A stretch of DNA of 64,000 bases from Phoronis australis (Eukaryota; Animalia; Phoronida), in assembly GCA_002633005.1 (NCBI GenBank), contig NMRA01000008.1, positions 1,659,620-1,723,619 of the forward strand. Reading direction: 5' to 3'. The notes below the pieces were generated by a model. It was given only the letters and a program-made list of their open reading frames with translations, was not told the origin of the DNA and did no database searches. Each line of letters begins with the position of its first letter. Position 1 is the first letter of the stretch. A program made the translations under genes and the position numbers. Shown one piece after another: positions 27,101 to 40,200 of this stretch.

Positions 27101-28125
27101 GATGTTTGTTTATTGTACATGCATGTGCTTCAAGCACGCGTCTATTTAACATCACTGCATAAACGAAATAGTTGCTGCTGTGCCACTTGCATGACGAGGC
27201 TAAAAATGTTCACAGTCCGCCATTTTCTCACTTTGTTGTAAAGCTAACCAATGACTGCCGAGGTCGCATCAACCAGTGATAAAGCGCGTGCTACTGAATG
27301 GTACCTGCGTGTGATCTCTACACGCAGAGAACCAGCAAGGAACATTTACATGTCAATTAGGAAGTTCGAGATAGACAATTTAATTATGCAATCATTTCCA
27401 TTTTTAATTTTGATCTAGTTTGTTAGTGGAAAGGCATTCAAGCTACGGTGTGGCTGAACTTTCTATGAGAGTTGTCCCATAATTAACTTTTCAGACTCTA
27501 TGTACCATATTACTTAAATATATATTACACATGTGTTTTTACCATTACACGATAGAAGAGGAATTTCGAGTGAAAGTTGGAGGCCGGAAAATGTCAATCG
27601 TGAACTTCAGTTCTACCAGGAGTCAGTCCATCGCTTCAAACAACGCCGAACAGCACGGACGAAGAACCAGCAATAGTCCAGGTTTGTGTAAACCTTAATT
27701 GCATACTGACATAGCATCTTTAAACAAACCTTTGGTCAGTAAAGGAGTTGAATTTTGTTTGTATCTTTAAACAAACAAAATTCAACTCCTTTAATGACCA
27801 AAGGTTTGTTTAAAGATACTATGCCCTTTACATTCATCAATTTAGAGATAGAGTGAGTTTCGACAGTTGAGATATCACTAAAATTTCGTTACATTCAACC
27901 TGATCTATGTTCTATAAACCTGTCAAAATCTCAACTCCGATTCTCTTTGAAATAATGTTTAGTCAACGGTTTCATTTACTTCCAGTTTTGAAGTACAAGT
28001 CAACAGAAGACCTCCAGAACACTACAACCATGGGCGAAGTCAATTTGGCGTTTGTTGACGACAACAAAGGTATCACCGAACTGGAGATGAAGTCTGACGA
28101 AACGAAACAGGACGTCTCTTCTTAG
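21127..28125 (+). CDS. Class A (rhodopsin-like) GPCR, prostanoid-receptor-like, 431 aa; exons 21127-21954, 23076-23162, 24929-25043, 27556-27681, 27986-28125
   Basis: N-glycosylated N-terminus, TM2 LAWTDL, TM3 C...MSIERWVA, TM6 CWAPYL|gtaagc, exon2 IRVIL...TRLAASNSM|gtaagc, exon3 INPIIYG...CCRC, Ser/Thr-rich tail ending QDVSS*. Phases 0,0,1,1 are consistent (1296 nt). An acceptor at 21100 implies an upstream non-coding exon. Confidence 0.85.
22402..23065 (+). repeat. Decayed tandem copies (about 5, period about 55 bp) of the GPCR exon-2 acceptor and 5' end
   Basis: Variants of cag|atacgtgttattctcgtacagtgtggatatcctcgaaatgat at about 22411, 22464, 22519, 22579 (split by a transposon) and 23020. 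Confidence 0.7.
22582..22999. mobile_element. Non-autonomous Tc1/mariner/pogo-type element (TA TSD)
   Basis: Ends ctgtaaagcttcta / tagaagctttacga, flanked by TA on both sides. Internal repeated ctctaatagaag-like motifs. Confidence 0.7.
27710..27823. repeat. Near-perfect palindrome/hairpin (arms about 52 bp) in GPCR intron 4
   Basis: catagcatctttaaacaaacctttggtcagtaaaggagttgaattttgtttg and its reverse complement, with few mismatches. Confidence 0.9.
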
Positions 28126-31100
28126 AAATGCATTTAGCAACTACACACGTTCGCGCTGACCGTGTTATCTGATACAGTTTAAACATGTTTTGTCAGACCG
28201 GAGCAGAGAAACAGCAAAATGAGCGCTACCCAGTTTGGAGTAGCGCCGGATATAGTTCGTAGCCCGAAATTCCACGTCAGAGGATTTTCATACATTCGCG
28301 TATGGGAACTTCAATCATACGGCAAGTCATGTGAATTTCATATTGGAGAATGATTGGCCATATGAATGAAATTCGGACATGCGAACATTATATTCTTAGA
28401 AAATGCTAAACATAGAACATACTTTTACGAATAAAAATTTCGGTTCAAGTTATGAAAAATCCCAGACACGGTTGGAGGGAAAATTTAAGGCTACGGAAAT
28501 ACGAAGAGATCACTCGTTCGCAGGGCAGTGTAAAAAATGGAGAGTGCCCTTTTGTGAAAGGGCGATGACTGTTTTTCTACAAATTTACGTTCACAAAGCT
28601 GCATGCGCATCTCTCATTGCCGAAGTTAATTTTGATTCTCGTAACCTAGGTTGATGTTTCCGACGCAACAAAATTGCATAGATCCGAGGCACATTTCGTA
28701 AATGACAATGGCAGGGCCTGAAAAATCTGATGTAAGCACTAGGGCTGGAGATCGTACCGGTCCTTACCAGCCCGCTTTGAGGGTCCTTAACGATACATTT
28801 CGCCCTGTTTAGCGTACCAATAAAGAACGAAAATCAAATTAAGCGTTTAATCTGTTATAATTGGTCTCACAATAATCCTTATCGTGATAGACATCCATTT
28901 CCGTCCTCAAGAAAAACCTCGAAAAGTCAGCAACTCATGAAATGTTTCAGATTTCATTGGGGTTATCCAAGCCTAATGATTGCGAATTCGAAAATGGCGC
29001 ATGTGCGCATTGCCTGGTTTTGACTTGCCGGCTCATTCGGCAGCAATTCAAGACCGGGTGTGCGCGATAATGCTTTTAAAACCCAAAGTTTCGTTTGGAA
29101 TTTAACATTGGTAGCTAAACAGCGGCGAAATGACAACTGGAAGTGAATCCGGAGTGGAGGGGGGGGGGGGGGGGGGCTTTCACCGCAGACGACACTCATC
29201 TCTTATAATAGAGTTCATTGGTTCCACAGGGCCCTAATAAAAAAACATTGGATGCAGATATTATTTAGTGACAGCAAAATTCATGAAAACTCCACCAGTT
29301 ATTAGATACCAAAGGTCTTGACTAGTGCTCGCTAACTTCAGCAGAACGAGTTCCTTCAATGCATTGTTTCTCCACTCTAAGATAAAGTCATTCTTGTTAG
29401 TGTAAATATTGTGCATAGAGCTTTTGTATAAGAAATAACTTACAATGTCTTTCGCTCCTGCCCTTAGACACATGTCCTATGTGTATAAATATTTGGATGT
29501 TACAGGTAGTTTTGTTCACTATTGTCATGTCGTTGAATTGTGTGCCCTACTGGAGAATTGTGATGAGTTGTTTTTTAAACCTGACGTCAGATCCTAAGAG
29601 ATTTGTGAGTTAAATTGTTGTTTTCATAAAACATAAAAATCACCCAAAGTATAACTAGATGTTTAAACACAAAAAAATGAGAAAATGTGACAGGTGCCGA
29701 GTGTTGGCTTGAACCATACAAATTGCAGCATCGCTATTGGACGCTGATCAGTGGTGCATTACGTAGATCACGTTTCTTACGAGAAAAGCTAGACCACACA
29801 AGTACACACAAAACCAAGCGAATGAAGAGCTACTACTTTGCGAGTAAAATGGAACCATTAGTAACATAAATTTTGAAGGTTTCCGTTCCACAAACGAGGA
29901 TTTCTCATGGCAACTGTCTCGCAAGCGTTTACGGTACGCACCCAGGATTGAATTTGGTTTCGACTATTATGAAAACGGCGAAATAGCGCAAAGCAACAAA
30001 CACTAGAGAGGAATGTTGCGTGTGCGTATATCGGCAAAGAATGGAGTTGCATGTGCGCAGAAATGTCGCAAGTTTGTAGTGGTAAACAAATAATTTCTGC
30101 ATGTTAGTTTTGTTTGGATTTATAACGTCTTTCTTATCAAGCAGGCCTACATCAAGGCATGCTTCATATTTCAGTTCACATTTGAACAACACGCACACGC
30201 ACTACGCGCGCGCACACACACACTTACGTTTTCCTTGACGAGTCTTGATTCAAGTTCGCAAAGTCAGCCAATAATGCCCCCGAAATTTGTTTCAAATTTT
30301 CTGATGTCTTTCAAACTTTAAATTAATAACAGTTTTCTTAGATTTTGGTTCACAATTGTTCAGTATATTTCGTTATATCAGTGCATTTCCACCCTCAGCA
30401 GTTAGTACGCGACACCTTCCTAAATTACAAGCGGATGTAAACAGGGTAAGGGTTCGGCAAAAATCGGGGAAGGTCAGACCATGAATCATGCGCTTCCACC
30501 ACTTACTACGTAAGTCAATACTTGCGTGCATTTTCTTTCTCAAATGCAGGATATTAATTTGCACGAAAATAGTTCACTTCATTTTGCTCGGTAGATGGCG
30601 CTGTTGTCAACATGGTGAGACCTGTCTCGGTGGATACGCGGAACAATGTCTCGTGGGATATTACTTCATCAAAGTCACTCTTGGTACGTTTTGTGTATTA
30701 ACTTACAGAATCGTTCTAACCAGAGCTGTGTTTCATGAAATCATTTTAGTCTTAACCTAGACCGAAATAACAGTGCTGTCATTCCATCACATGTCACGTT
30801 CCGCTTGCTGAACAATTCCGTTGACATCATGCCTAAAATCAAACTTAAGACTTAAAATTTTCACGAAACGGAGCCCTGTTCATGGCTATAAAACTGACAA
30901 ATGCGTTAGGCGATGCTGAGAAGTCAAAATTAAAAAATATTCCCACATTGCACCCATTCTTCAATGAGCGGGAATTAAGCGACACTCGACCAAATTGCAC
31001 TATGCTTTGCAGTACTCCCAGCACGCTGACTTATTACGAAGACATTTTTATAAAAAAGGGGTTGATATATGCAGAGAAATAACTGGGCAAAGTTATCATG

Positions 31101-31284
31101 TTACGGGTGGCCTTAGATTTCTCGAATCAGCACACAGGCTGCGGGTGACTAAAATCGTAATCAAAAACTCAATTGATACCTGAGATTAAGCGGCCGAAAA
31201 CATCCCGGGGAGTGCAGCAGACGTCTTCATACAGATTCCAGTATTGATATTATTCTGGTTGAAATTTTTACTGACATTTAGTTA

Positions 31285-31958
31285 GGATAACGCTTTTCTT
31301 GTTGAACGGAAATATTTGACCTAGATTTTATGTTTTAGGATGCGCCCTGGGGAAGCAACATGCAGTATAATTATTATTACAAGGAAGTACTAGGAGACCT
31401 CCCGTGCAATAGGAGTCGACACTATAAAATGGATACGTTACTGAACATGTTTTGTAGACTAATGGTCGCGAAAACATGGATTGTTATTAAAACCACCGAG
31501 ATCCTCTCAGCAGTTGGTTGATTTGTTTTTGTTTGTTTTTTTTAACATACACGCCTGTCATGGCTGAGTAGTGTTGTAGCTTGCCCATAGATGTCACCCG
31601 ACTATGTGCCGAGTGGTTACTNGGATAACGCTTTTCTTGTTGAACGGAAATATTTGACCTAGATTTTATGTTTTAGGATGCGCCCTGGGGAAGCAACATG
31701 CAGTATAATTATTATTACAAGGAAGTACTAGGAGACCTCCCGTGCAATAGGAGTCGACACTATAAAATGGATACGTTACTGAACATGTTTTGTAGACTAA
31801 TGGTCGCGAAAACATGGATTGTTATTAAAACCACCGAGATCCTCTCAGCAGTTGGTTGATTTGTTTTTGTTTGTTTTTTTAACATACACGCCTGTCATGG
31901 CTGAGTAGTGTTGTAGCTTGCCCATAGATGTCACCCGACTATTTGCCGAGTGGTTACT
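31285..31958. repeat. Tandem duplication of about 337 bp joined by a single N (probable assembly/haplotype overlap artefact)
   Basis: 31285-31621 is repeated at 31623-31958. The only differences seen are one T-run indel and one substitution; N at 31622. Confidence 0.9.
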
Positions 31959-34129
31959 GATTGTTCTATCGTGTTTAGTCAAAGCAAAAATGCTCCAATC
32001 CAGAAAGAATAATCGGCATCAGTTGCAAATTGTTCATTATCTGATACTGGTTTTTTTTTTGTAGATCCATTGTTTTGAAAGGTATGAACCCTGAAGAAAT
32101 ATTTTATGAAATGAGATGAAGTTTGCAATATATTGTAAATCATTATATTTCTTATAATTCATTAAATCGACTATTGTCCCTGCTCCCCACGTCGTCACCA
32201 ATTTTTCCCCCAAATCACCTGTAGTGTACCTTTCGATACAAATGCATTTGTCATGCGAACAACGCATTTGTCAACGAGTTCCACAATTATTGGGAGAGTA
32301 TCAAACATCCACTTCCCCGTATGCTTCACCCTTTATTAAGGACCTGCACAACCGTTCCCACGAGAGTTGTCGACCGTTGCTTTTCACCAGCTACAAATGA
32401 ATTATTATCCATATCTCTTTGTTCCACAAAAGATTTGTCAGTAGAGCCTCTTTTTAGCACGATTAAACTGCGTGTTCAGAAACTTGACAAAGAGTCGGAC
32501 AATAGTGCCGTGATAGCACTATTGATGTTAATATGCTATTCTGTGAGAAGACTTGAGATGTTAAGAAATTGATAAATATATTCAAGTATAGGTGAGACAA
32601 GAATTAACATTAGAACGCCCGACCTTTTGAAAAAAAGACATTCCATATATTTAGCCAACTTGTATTTTAATCAGAAGACATCAGCTGTGGCGTTTGTTTA
32701 TAGTTCGGTGAAAATACCAGCCAATACAAATACGAGAAGTGTGGATATACCGGTACAAACAAGTGCTCGGGGAACCGCAAACACACCGACATTCTTACTT
32801 GCTCTGGTCAAAAACACACATTTTCGAAATGAGCTGACCCGTAGATGAACACTAGTACTGGTACTCGCTTCGCGGACTAGGTTTCTGACTGCAGGCTCAT
32901 CTCCCTGTTCTGACACTACCATTGAGCGGCGATCATTGACACCACTTGTCAATCTGCATCTCTATCACTTGACAGACCGAGAGGCAGGTTGCAAGTAGTG
33001 TGAGAGGCCAGGTTGGCTGGTGAACTTTCGTCCAGGTAAGTACTCTCACACACCTATGGAATGAGAAGGAATGGTCTTGTATGTGTGCTAAGTTTAATCT
33101 TTAAACTGGACTATAAAATTTCAAAAATGCTATTTTCCCAACGCGTTTACGTGCATTATGCCTTTGGTCCAAAATTCAGTTAAAGAGTTCGGAGACATGA
33201 GAATAATCAAAGGTATTATGTTTCGGATTGCGATCATTCGACGCACTTGTCGCCAATAAACGTTCATGTACGCACGGAATGCCCACTGGGTTTTTCTCTA
33301 GTGACAAAATGTCACATTATTGTTTCACAAATACATCTAAACGCTCTCGAGGTGCAATTACTGTCAAATTCATTTCAACAATTTCAAACCAGTTGTGGAA
33401 AAACATATGTGTAATTAATTGGACACTCACGTCAGAGGCGACGTATATAGTGACTATTGCTTCACATACGCCCGAGAAACGAGTTCCAATGAGTGTCATG
33501 GAAAAGTACTGAAAGTATGTTCTATATCTGCATCATGGGCGACAAGTCAAGGGAATTCTGCATAAAAAGGTACTCTTTTTTATTTGTTTCAAGTGTTTTA
33601 ACGCACAAAAAGTATACCCGTAATCAAAAAATCTTTCAATCCCACTTAATGTTTGCTGCGTGAACTCGTAATTTAAAATTTAATGTTTTAATTGATTCTA
33701 AGTCACATGGCTCGTGCTTTTTGCATGCGTTCTGGGTTCCCTAAAAAGAAAAAAAAATATCTGGAGACGCTAATAGCAGCATCAGCACAACTGTTACGAG
33801 AAGAGTTATATTTGCTTATTCTTGCAATCAGTTTCATAAGAACTACCAATAACTTTGTTTACCTAGCCAAGATAAACACGTACTCGCATCACACAGGGTC
33901 AGCGTAAAAAGACTCGGCGTATCCCTGGACTGAGTGTGCTTGATTGGAGGAGCAACCGCGAAATACACTAAATAACGGGCCCGTATGTTGGCATTCAAGC
34001 ACGTGCAGGTAGGACACTGAGCCCGGCGGACTTTCCCTGTGTTTCACCTGTACCAAACGTTTGCGTGTATGGCAGTTTAAGTGTGTGATAGTTGCATGTC
34101 TTGTTGCACATACTTTAGCCCTCGACACA

Positions 34130-34265
34130 AATTGTCACCCGGGCGACTATTGCGCCACTTGGCCGTCAACATCGAAGTATAATGTCACCCGGGAGACAGT
34201 ATGTGTCACATGGGGGCAATACATGCAGTGACAATCGACACATATGTCGCCCTCTCCCCAACTGT
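34130..34265. repeat. Dispersed repeat fragment, related in opposite orientation to about 20322-20405
   Basis: Shared ends acagttggggag / ctccccaactgt and tgtcgccc(a/g)ggcgac-type motifs. Confidence 0.5.
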
Positions 34266-37200
34266 TTGCGTAGTCTAGCACATAAGCGAATCAACAGTCA
34301 GACCACAATACACCCGAATTAAATTGGGACCCGTCTTTTACCACTAACCGCCATGATGCATTCATTTCTGGGATTACGAGTTGGTCTGATCTCAGGAAAA
34401 TGGATCCGAGAGTCACCGTCGTATATACGAATTTCCGTTCCGCCGAGTTTATCTGCGTACGGGCGCTACCGAAAAGTCAAGAATCGACGTTTACGGAAAA
34501 TCATCAAAAGGTCCAACATTTTAGAAATTCGAACCACTCTCGTGCAATGCTGGTTTGGGGCCTTGCCATCATACTCAAGGACCTGCAGCGTTAAACTGAG
34601 TGTCTTGCGAGATCATCCAAGACTACACTGAATCGCCCGAGTGAAAAAGGCGAGTATTTCGCGAGTAGGCTCATCGGCGAGATTAGCGTGGTGAATTATA
34701 ATTTAGTGTGGGATGCAATTCACTGTTTTCGTTCCGTAACCTAAAAATTTTTGCCACGTCAAAGTGCCAGCTCAGTAATGTCTTTGGTTCAGGTCTTGGA
34801 ATTCGCTCTTCTTTTAAGAGGATTTCCTCTTTTGGTTTCCATTTCTTCTTATTTGATTTCCACTTTCCTCCTTTTTCGTCTCTTTTTTATCATTATTTTG
34901 ATTTTATTCATGCAAAAAACGTTTATTTCAGATAAATTTTACAACACAAATAATATTACTGGCACATAAGTCCATTTATTTGTGGAACGATACATCACCT
35001 GGAAAAATGTCCTTTTTGTAATTTGTAATTTGATATTCCAAGTCCTGTTGGTTTATAAAATGGAGCCCTGGGCGTACTCGCGACTAGCGTGCAAGGTGCC
35101 TATTGTGCTGGCGGCTACCGATTGGCAGACAAGTTGCCACAATTTTGCCGATAAGAAGCAATGTAAGTGTTTGTCCTACGCCAGATCCCATGTGAATTTG
35201 GCAACCAGTCCTTTGCTCAACGTTTTGTCGAGCAAGGGTTTCAAAGAAATTTGGAATGTTCTACCTTCACAGTTGTTACGAAGGATACCTGAATTTTAAA
35301 TAATCTTCCTCTGGTCTGTTCACGTATCCTTCACAATCCCAAATTGATGAAACATTTCATTAAAAAGGCCAAGTACAAAAAGTGTCTTCGGTTTTGCTAG
35401 CAAAACCCTGAACGCATATCCTCGTTTTCAAATGGCATTCACAGGGTGTTTCATCGAACTTGGAACTCCGGTGTATAACATATATCCTGAAGTCGAAAAC
35501 AGGCTCCCGCACCTTCAAAACAGCTAACCAGCCCGAAAAACACGAATCTCGACCTTTATAACAGGAACGCCGGGGATCGGACAGGACACCCGGGGACTGA
35601 AACACCACTCCCGCACTTTCCGTCAAACATAATCTCAAGATAAGAAAATAGTACCTTAGTACCTTGTTTTGTGTTCACACGACATGTATCAATTTCACAT
35701 TTTGATGAAAAAAATAAATACTATGTGTGATATGTTGTTTTACTATATGAGAATTTTAGACAACTTATGACCGACCTCTAGCGAAAAAAGTGTCGATTCT
35801 TGAGAACCTGTTTTACTCGCGGACGTGTACAGTGTACCCGACAGAGTGGGCAGTAAGTAATGACGTGTAGCTAGTGTGACGGACGATTTGCCGGAAATAA
35901 TGTACTCTCGACAAGCAAATTGACGAACCCTAAAATGCAGCCAATTGAAAGATATTTAAGGAGTTAATCAGAAATGGAACTAGAAAGACGAAAAAATATT
36001 TTTGCTTTTTTCATTTTTGAAAATATTTTTGGAGAAACTATTGAATAATCCGAAATTATCTGAATATTCACAGAGATAACAACGTGTTGGGAGTACAGAT
36101 AATGTTTAAATTCGCCCACAGACAAGTTGCAGAATTTTACCGATAAAAATCAAATAACAAAGATAGGAAATTAGATTGGTTTACTTTTCACGTCGTTTCT
36201 CAAATCAAGACATTAATTTTTGGCAGAAGTATTTTGGGAAAATGGCGTGGGGTACAACATAGATTTGCGAGGAAAATGCTGAAATTTCAGCGTAATATCG
36301 GCGACTAATCTTTCAGCACACGATTTTTTCCGAGATCGTTAGTTGCTTCATTTGGGCCTCGCAACTATCGCACTACCTGACCTGCAAAATTTAGGTAGGG
36401 TTAATGTATTCCTCCGCTGGCGAGTCTGTAAGGTTACATGACTGGGTGTGCTAACCTGCTACTGCATGGGGTTTGTAAGGCTTTATGCTGGGTACAGTTT
36501 CGCAGACGCAAGAATCTCGCTAAGTGTGATTACGCGTTTCGCTGGTGATATCTCGCGAAGGCTTGGGAGTTCTTGCTTTTCTCGGTCTTCGAAAGGCACG
36601 CCTGTTTTCTACGTGCAGGGCTATGCAACGAGATGGCAGTTTTATCCCACTTCCCCTGCTTAGTTGGGAAACTCGTATAAGTGGTCTATTATCGCCAGCG
36701 CGATGACGCGAAGGTGTGCACGAACCGTCGACATTTAAGATGTATTTCGGAAATGTTCAATAATCACTAGGATCTAGGACGCCGTGAGAGGGACCAAACT
36801 ACAGTTTTTGGCCCCCCTTTAACTCCGCCACTGTAGTAAACATTTTATAATATTTCTCTAACACTCCTCGTTGAAATCGCCGTCAACACGGTGCCCAATA
36901 TACATAGAGAAAATCAGATTTCCAACGTGTTGCTAAAATGAGGGGGGGAGGTATTTGAAGTTTTTGAAGTTGCAACACTATGTTCTGAAATGTTGCCAAG
37001 TGTGTGCAGAGGAAACGCGTTATTTTTCAACATTCTTTTGCTATTGGACTGACCTTTTGATGGACCTGAAATCACGTGATGCAGTTTTAGATAAATCCTT
37101 ATAGGATTGCTGGTTCTTCAATAGTAACTGCCTCAACAGACAACTGACATTTTCCATGATGTTTCCTGGTGTGAATCCAAGTCGTGATGAAAATTCTTTT

Positions 37201-40200
37201 CTCTCTGCGTACGTCTATGTTTGTTGTCTTTCCGCAACAATAACAGAAATTGTCGCGATGGCAATCGACACACTTCTTCTTTTCTTCATTTTCCCTTCAA
37301 AAAATTTACCAGCTAAGTATACACAGGGCATATTGCAAAATTGTTGGAAAATATTGTAAAATGATACCAGTGAACTCCCTACTTTATTTATCTTTAACAG
37401 GTAAAAATAAAGCAGGAACTACTGCCACGTATGCATTTTAAGAATATACTTTGTTATAAAAATAGTTTGTAAAATCAATTTAATTTTAATTAGCCTGAAC
37501 AGTGAGTTCCTCGTTGTAGAGGTTGTTGTGCTCGAGCAATGTAAAAGCTTCATGCCAGACGCTTGTCAAATATAAACGTTCATAAAGTTAACGTATTTTA
37601 GTATGCAATAAAATCCAGGTACGTTACAATCCTTCACTTTTTGATTGATCAATTTTGCTCATGCTGTTTCTGTTTCTTGTTTCTGTACAGAAAAGCATTG
37701 TACTGTTTATAGGTTTTTATTCACATTCACAAAAAACGACATGTTTCCATGCTGAGATGTGTTATGTTGCTCCAAGCTTGCCTTTTCTTTGAAGTGCTCT
37801 TCGCAAATGGCTTATTGACTAGACAGATTTTAATCCTGAACACAGTATCTCGAGTATTTTGTCTTGTTTCCGTCGAAAACCCTCCTACCGCATGTGCGCG
37901 AGAAAAAGCTTTATTGTTTGTATGATGGTCAAAATAAAACTGCAGAACTTGATTTGTGACCTGCAAGTCGCCATGCGACCTCCGGTTTTTGATAAAATCT
38001 GAAGTTGCCACTAAGTCGCCTATCAAAGTACTTGCAGAAGTAAATAGTCGGAATTGTCGGGCAAAAATGTATAGGGTCCGATCATGACTGACGCATAGAC
38101 TATACGCAAACAATGTTTTCCAGCTGACCATCTGGTTGGGGTAGGAGCCGAACGAGAGCGAAACGATCGCAGCAGCACGCAAAAGCGCACCAACAACACC
38201 TGATTTTGGCGACCTCATTTCTCATTTGACGTCCTAGAAATTTTGTAAGGTCGCATTTGGCGAGTTGACGTTATTCCAAGCATCGACCCAGTTACCGGAG
38301 CTCCTTTTTTGCTGACGAAGGTTTTACCACACGTATCCACAGAGCATTGGAAGATCTTTCCAGTGCTTCATTGTACCTCTGCCACGTGGTCTTGCAATGC
38401 TGTCTTGTTCCTACAAGTTTCCACAACTTCTACAGAGTCTTTTACGACACGCACACTCGTTTTTTTATTTCCCATATCATTTATTGAAAATTAAGAAGTC
38501 CAAATTACAAATATTGCAAACACGAAACAGGAAAGGAGTATCATTCATACTCACTCACGCACACAGAATCACATTGATCAATTCATCAATAACTTGCAAA
38601 CTGTTTTCACACTTCTCGTTGAAAGTGAACAGTCTGTAAATGAAACAGGTTATACGTTTTTCTCTATCCTAGTAATCTCGGAAATCACCCGTCTTCATTA
38701 ACGTGCGCGAAGGCATGGTTAGGCGATCCATCTTGTAGAAGCAATTCAGCTGTAAAATGAATTGTTTAATGTTTCAGTTTCTAAAATTTACGAAGAAAAT
38801 TGGTGCATATGTTTTCATTTGTCAGTGTGTGACACCAGGAATAAAATCGCTGCAATAAACAACACGGCGTTTCTTTATTCAAAATAAGTTTGACGGTCAT
38901 TCGAGTTAATCTAAAACCACTTGAAAACAACAAACGCATCACTGTAATTTGAACGATTATTTAGGCCCATCATAAGAAAACCCAGGCCAAATGACGTCGT
39001 ATGGAGGTCGCAAGCTATTGTTTTACTTGCGATATCCATGTCATGGGCGTAGCGGAGTCGCATGATTACCGACTATGGGACGCTACCATTGTCTTCCCTT
39101 GCTGCTTCGTCGTTGGATATAACAATACAGGTCGCTCGGATATCTATGCGACAGGATTGCGACCTGGTTTCCCGTGAGAAAGTACATTCGCTCGCGATCG
39201 CTTTGTGTTGCGTTCATAATCGCCTTACAAAATTACAATCAGTTGTTCGCGATCGCTGTCAATGACAAGGGTGGTGTAAATGTTTCAATATGATAATCTT
39301 AAAATATAACTAGCAAATCCCTTCTAAGTAAAGATTTTAAAAATTGCAAACGACACACTCACTGTACAATAGTTTGCCACGAGTAGCACTCACTCGTCGA
39401 TTTTACAAGACTCGAGGTATTCAGTCTCCGAAAGTTATCGCACTCGAGACGTCATGCATAATTTGCGTTTGAAAAATAAACACCATTCCCTGTCACTCCC
39501 CTACGTGCAGCGCTCTTTGCAAATTAGACATTCTTTAAGAAAAAAATGCCATATAAACTTACTATCGTCTGTCATCGTTCGTGCCAAATTTCGTCTGTGA
39601 TCGCTTTCCGGTGTTCTCGATCGCGGTTTAGCCGGGGTGACGGTCTTCAACATGTACGTGTACACCTCCTCGAACACCAACGCCGATCCAATTGTCAGTG
39701 TTCATTTTCTTCTCATCTAGAAATATATTTCCTTAAAATTGAGACTGTCGTTTGGAAGCCAAACTTTGTTTTTAAAAGATGATTCCCCATCACCTTTTTA
39801 GGGAATATGGAAGTATTCTCATATGACAGAAGGGCTATCCTCTGAGATTCCTATCTTAAAGTGTGTGGATTCGAATGCTAACCTGGTTATTTTTCTTATT
39901 ATATTGCCTTCGTTGTGCTCTCTTGAGTGTAGCTCTTGTTGAAAAATGAAATGATTGCATGACTGGGTAAGAAATTAAATTTCTGCATTACAGAAGGAAG
40001 AAATTTTCAAATGTGTGTATGCCTTACATGTACATTGTACGTCCGATTCCACTAACTTTTCTAAGTCGGCAACCATTTAACCACAATTTTACTTTTGCTC
40101 ATTCGTTTTTGTTTTTCTTTTGTTTTTCTCTAGCCCAATGCATTGTTGTACTTCCGGGTCTCAGGTGGGTAAGTAAGTCATATATAATTATTGAAGAATA

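Noticed and set aside
37727-38218. 163-aa minus-strand ORF
   Set aside because: No recognisable homology; contains gcgac/gtcgc motifs typical of repeat interiors.
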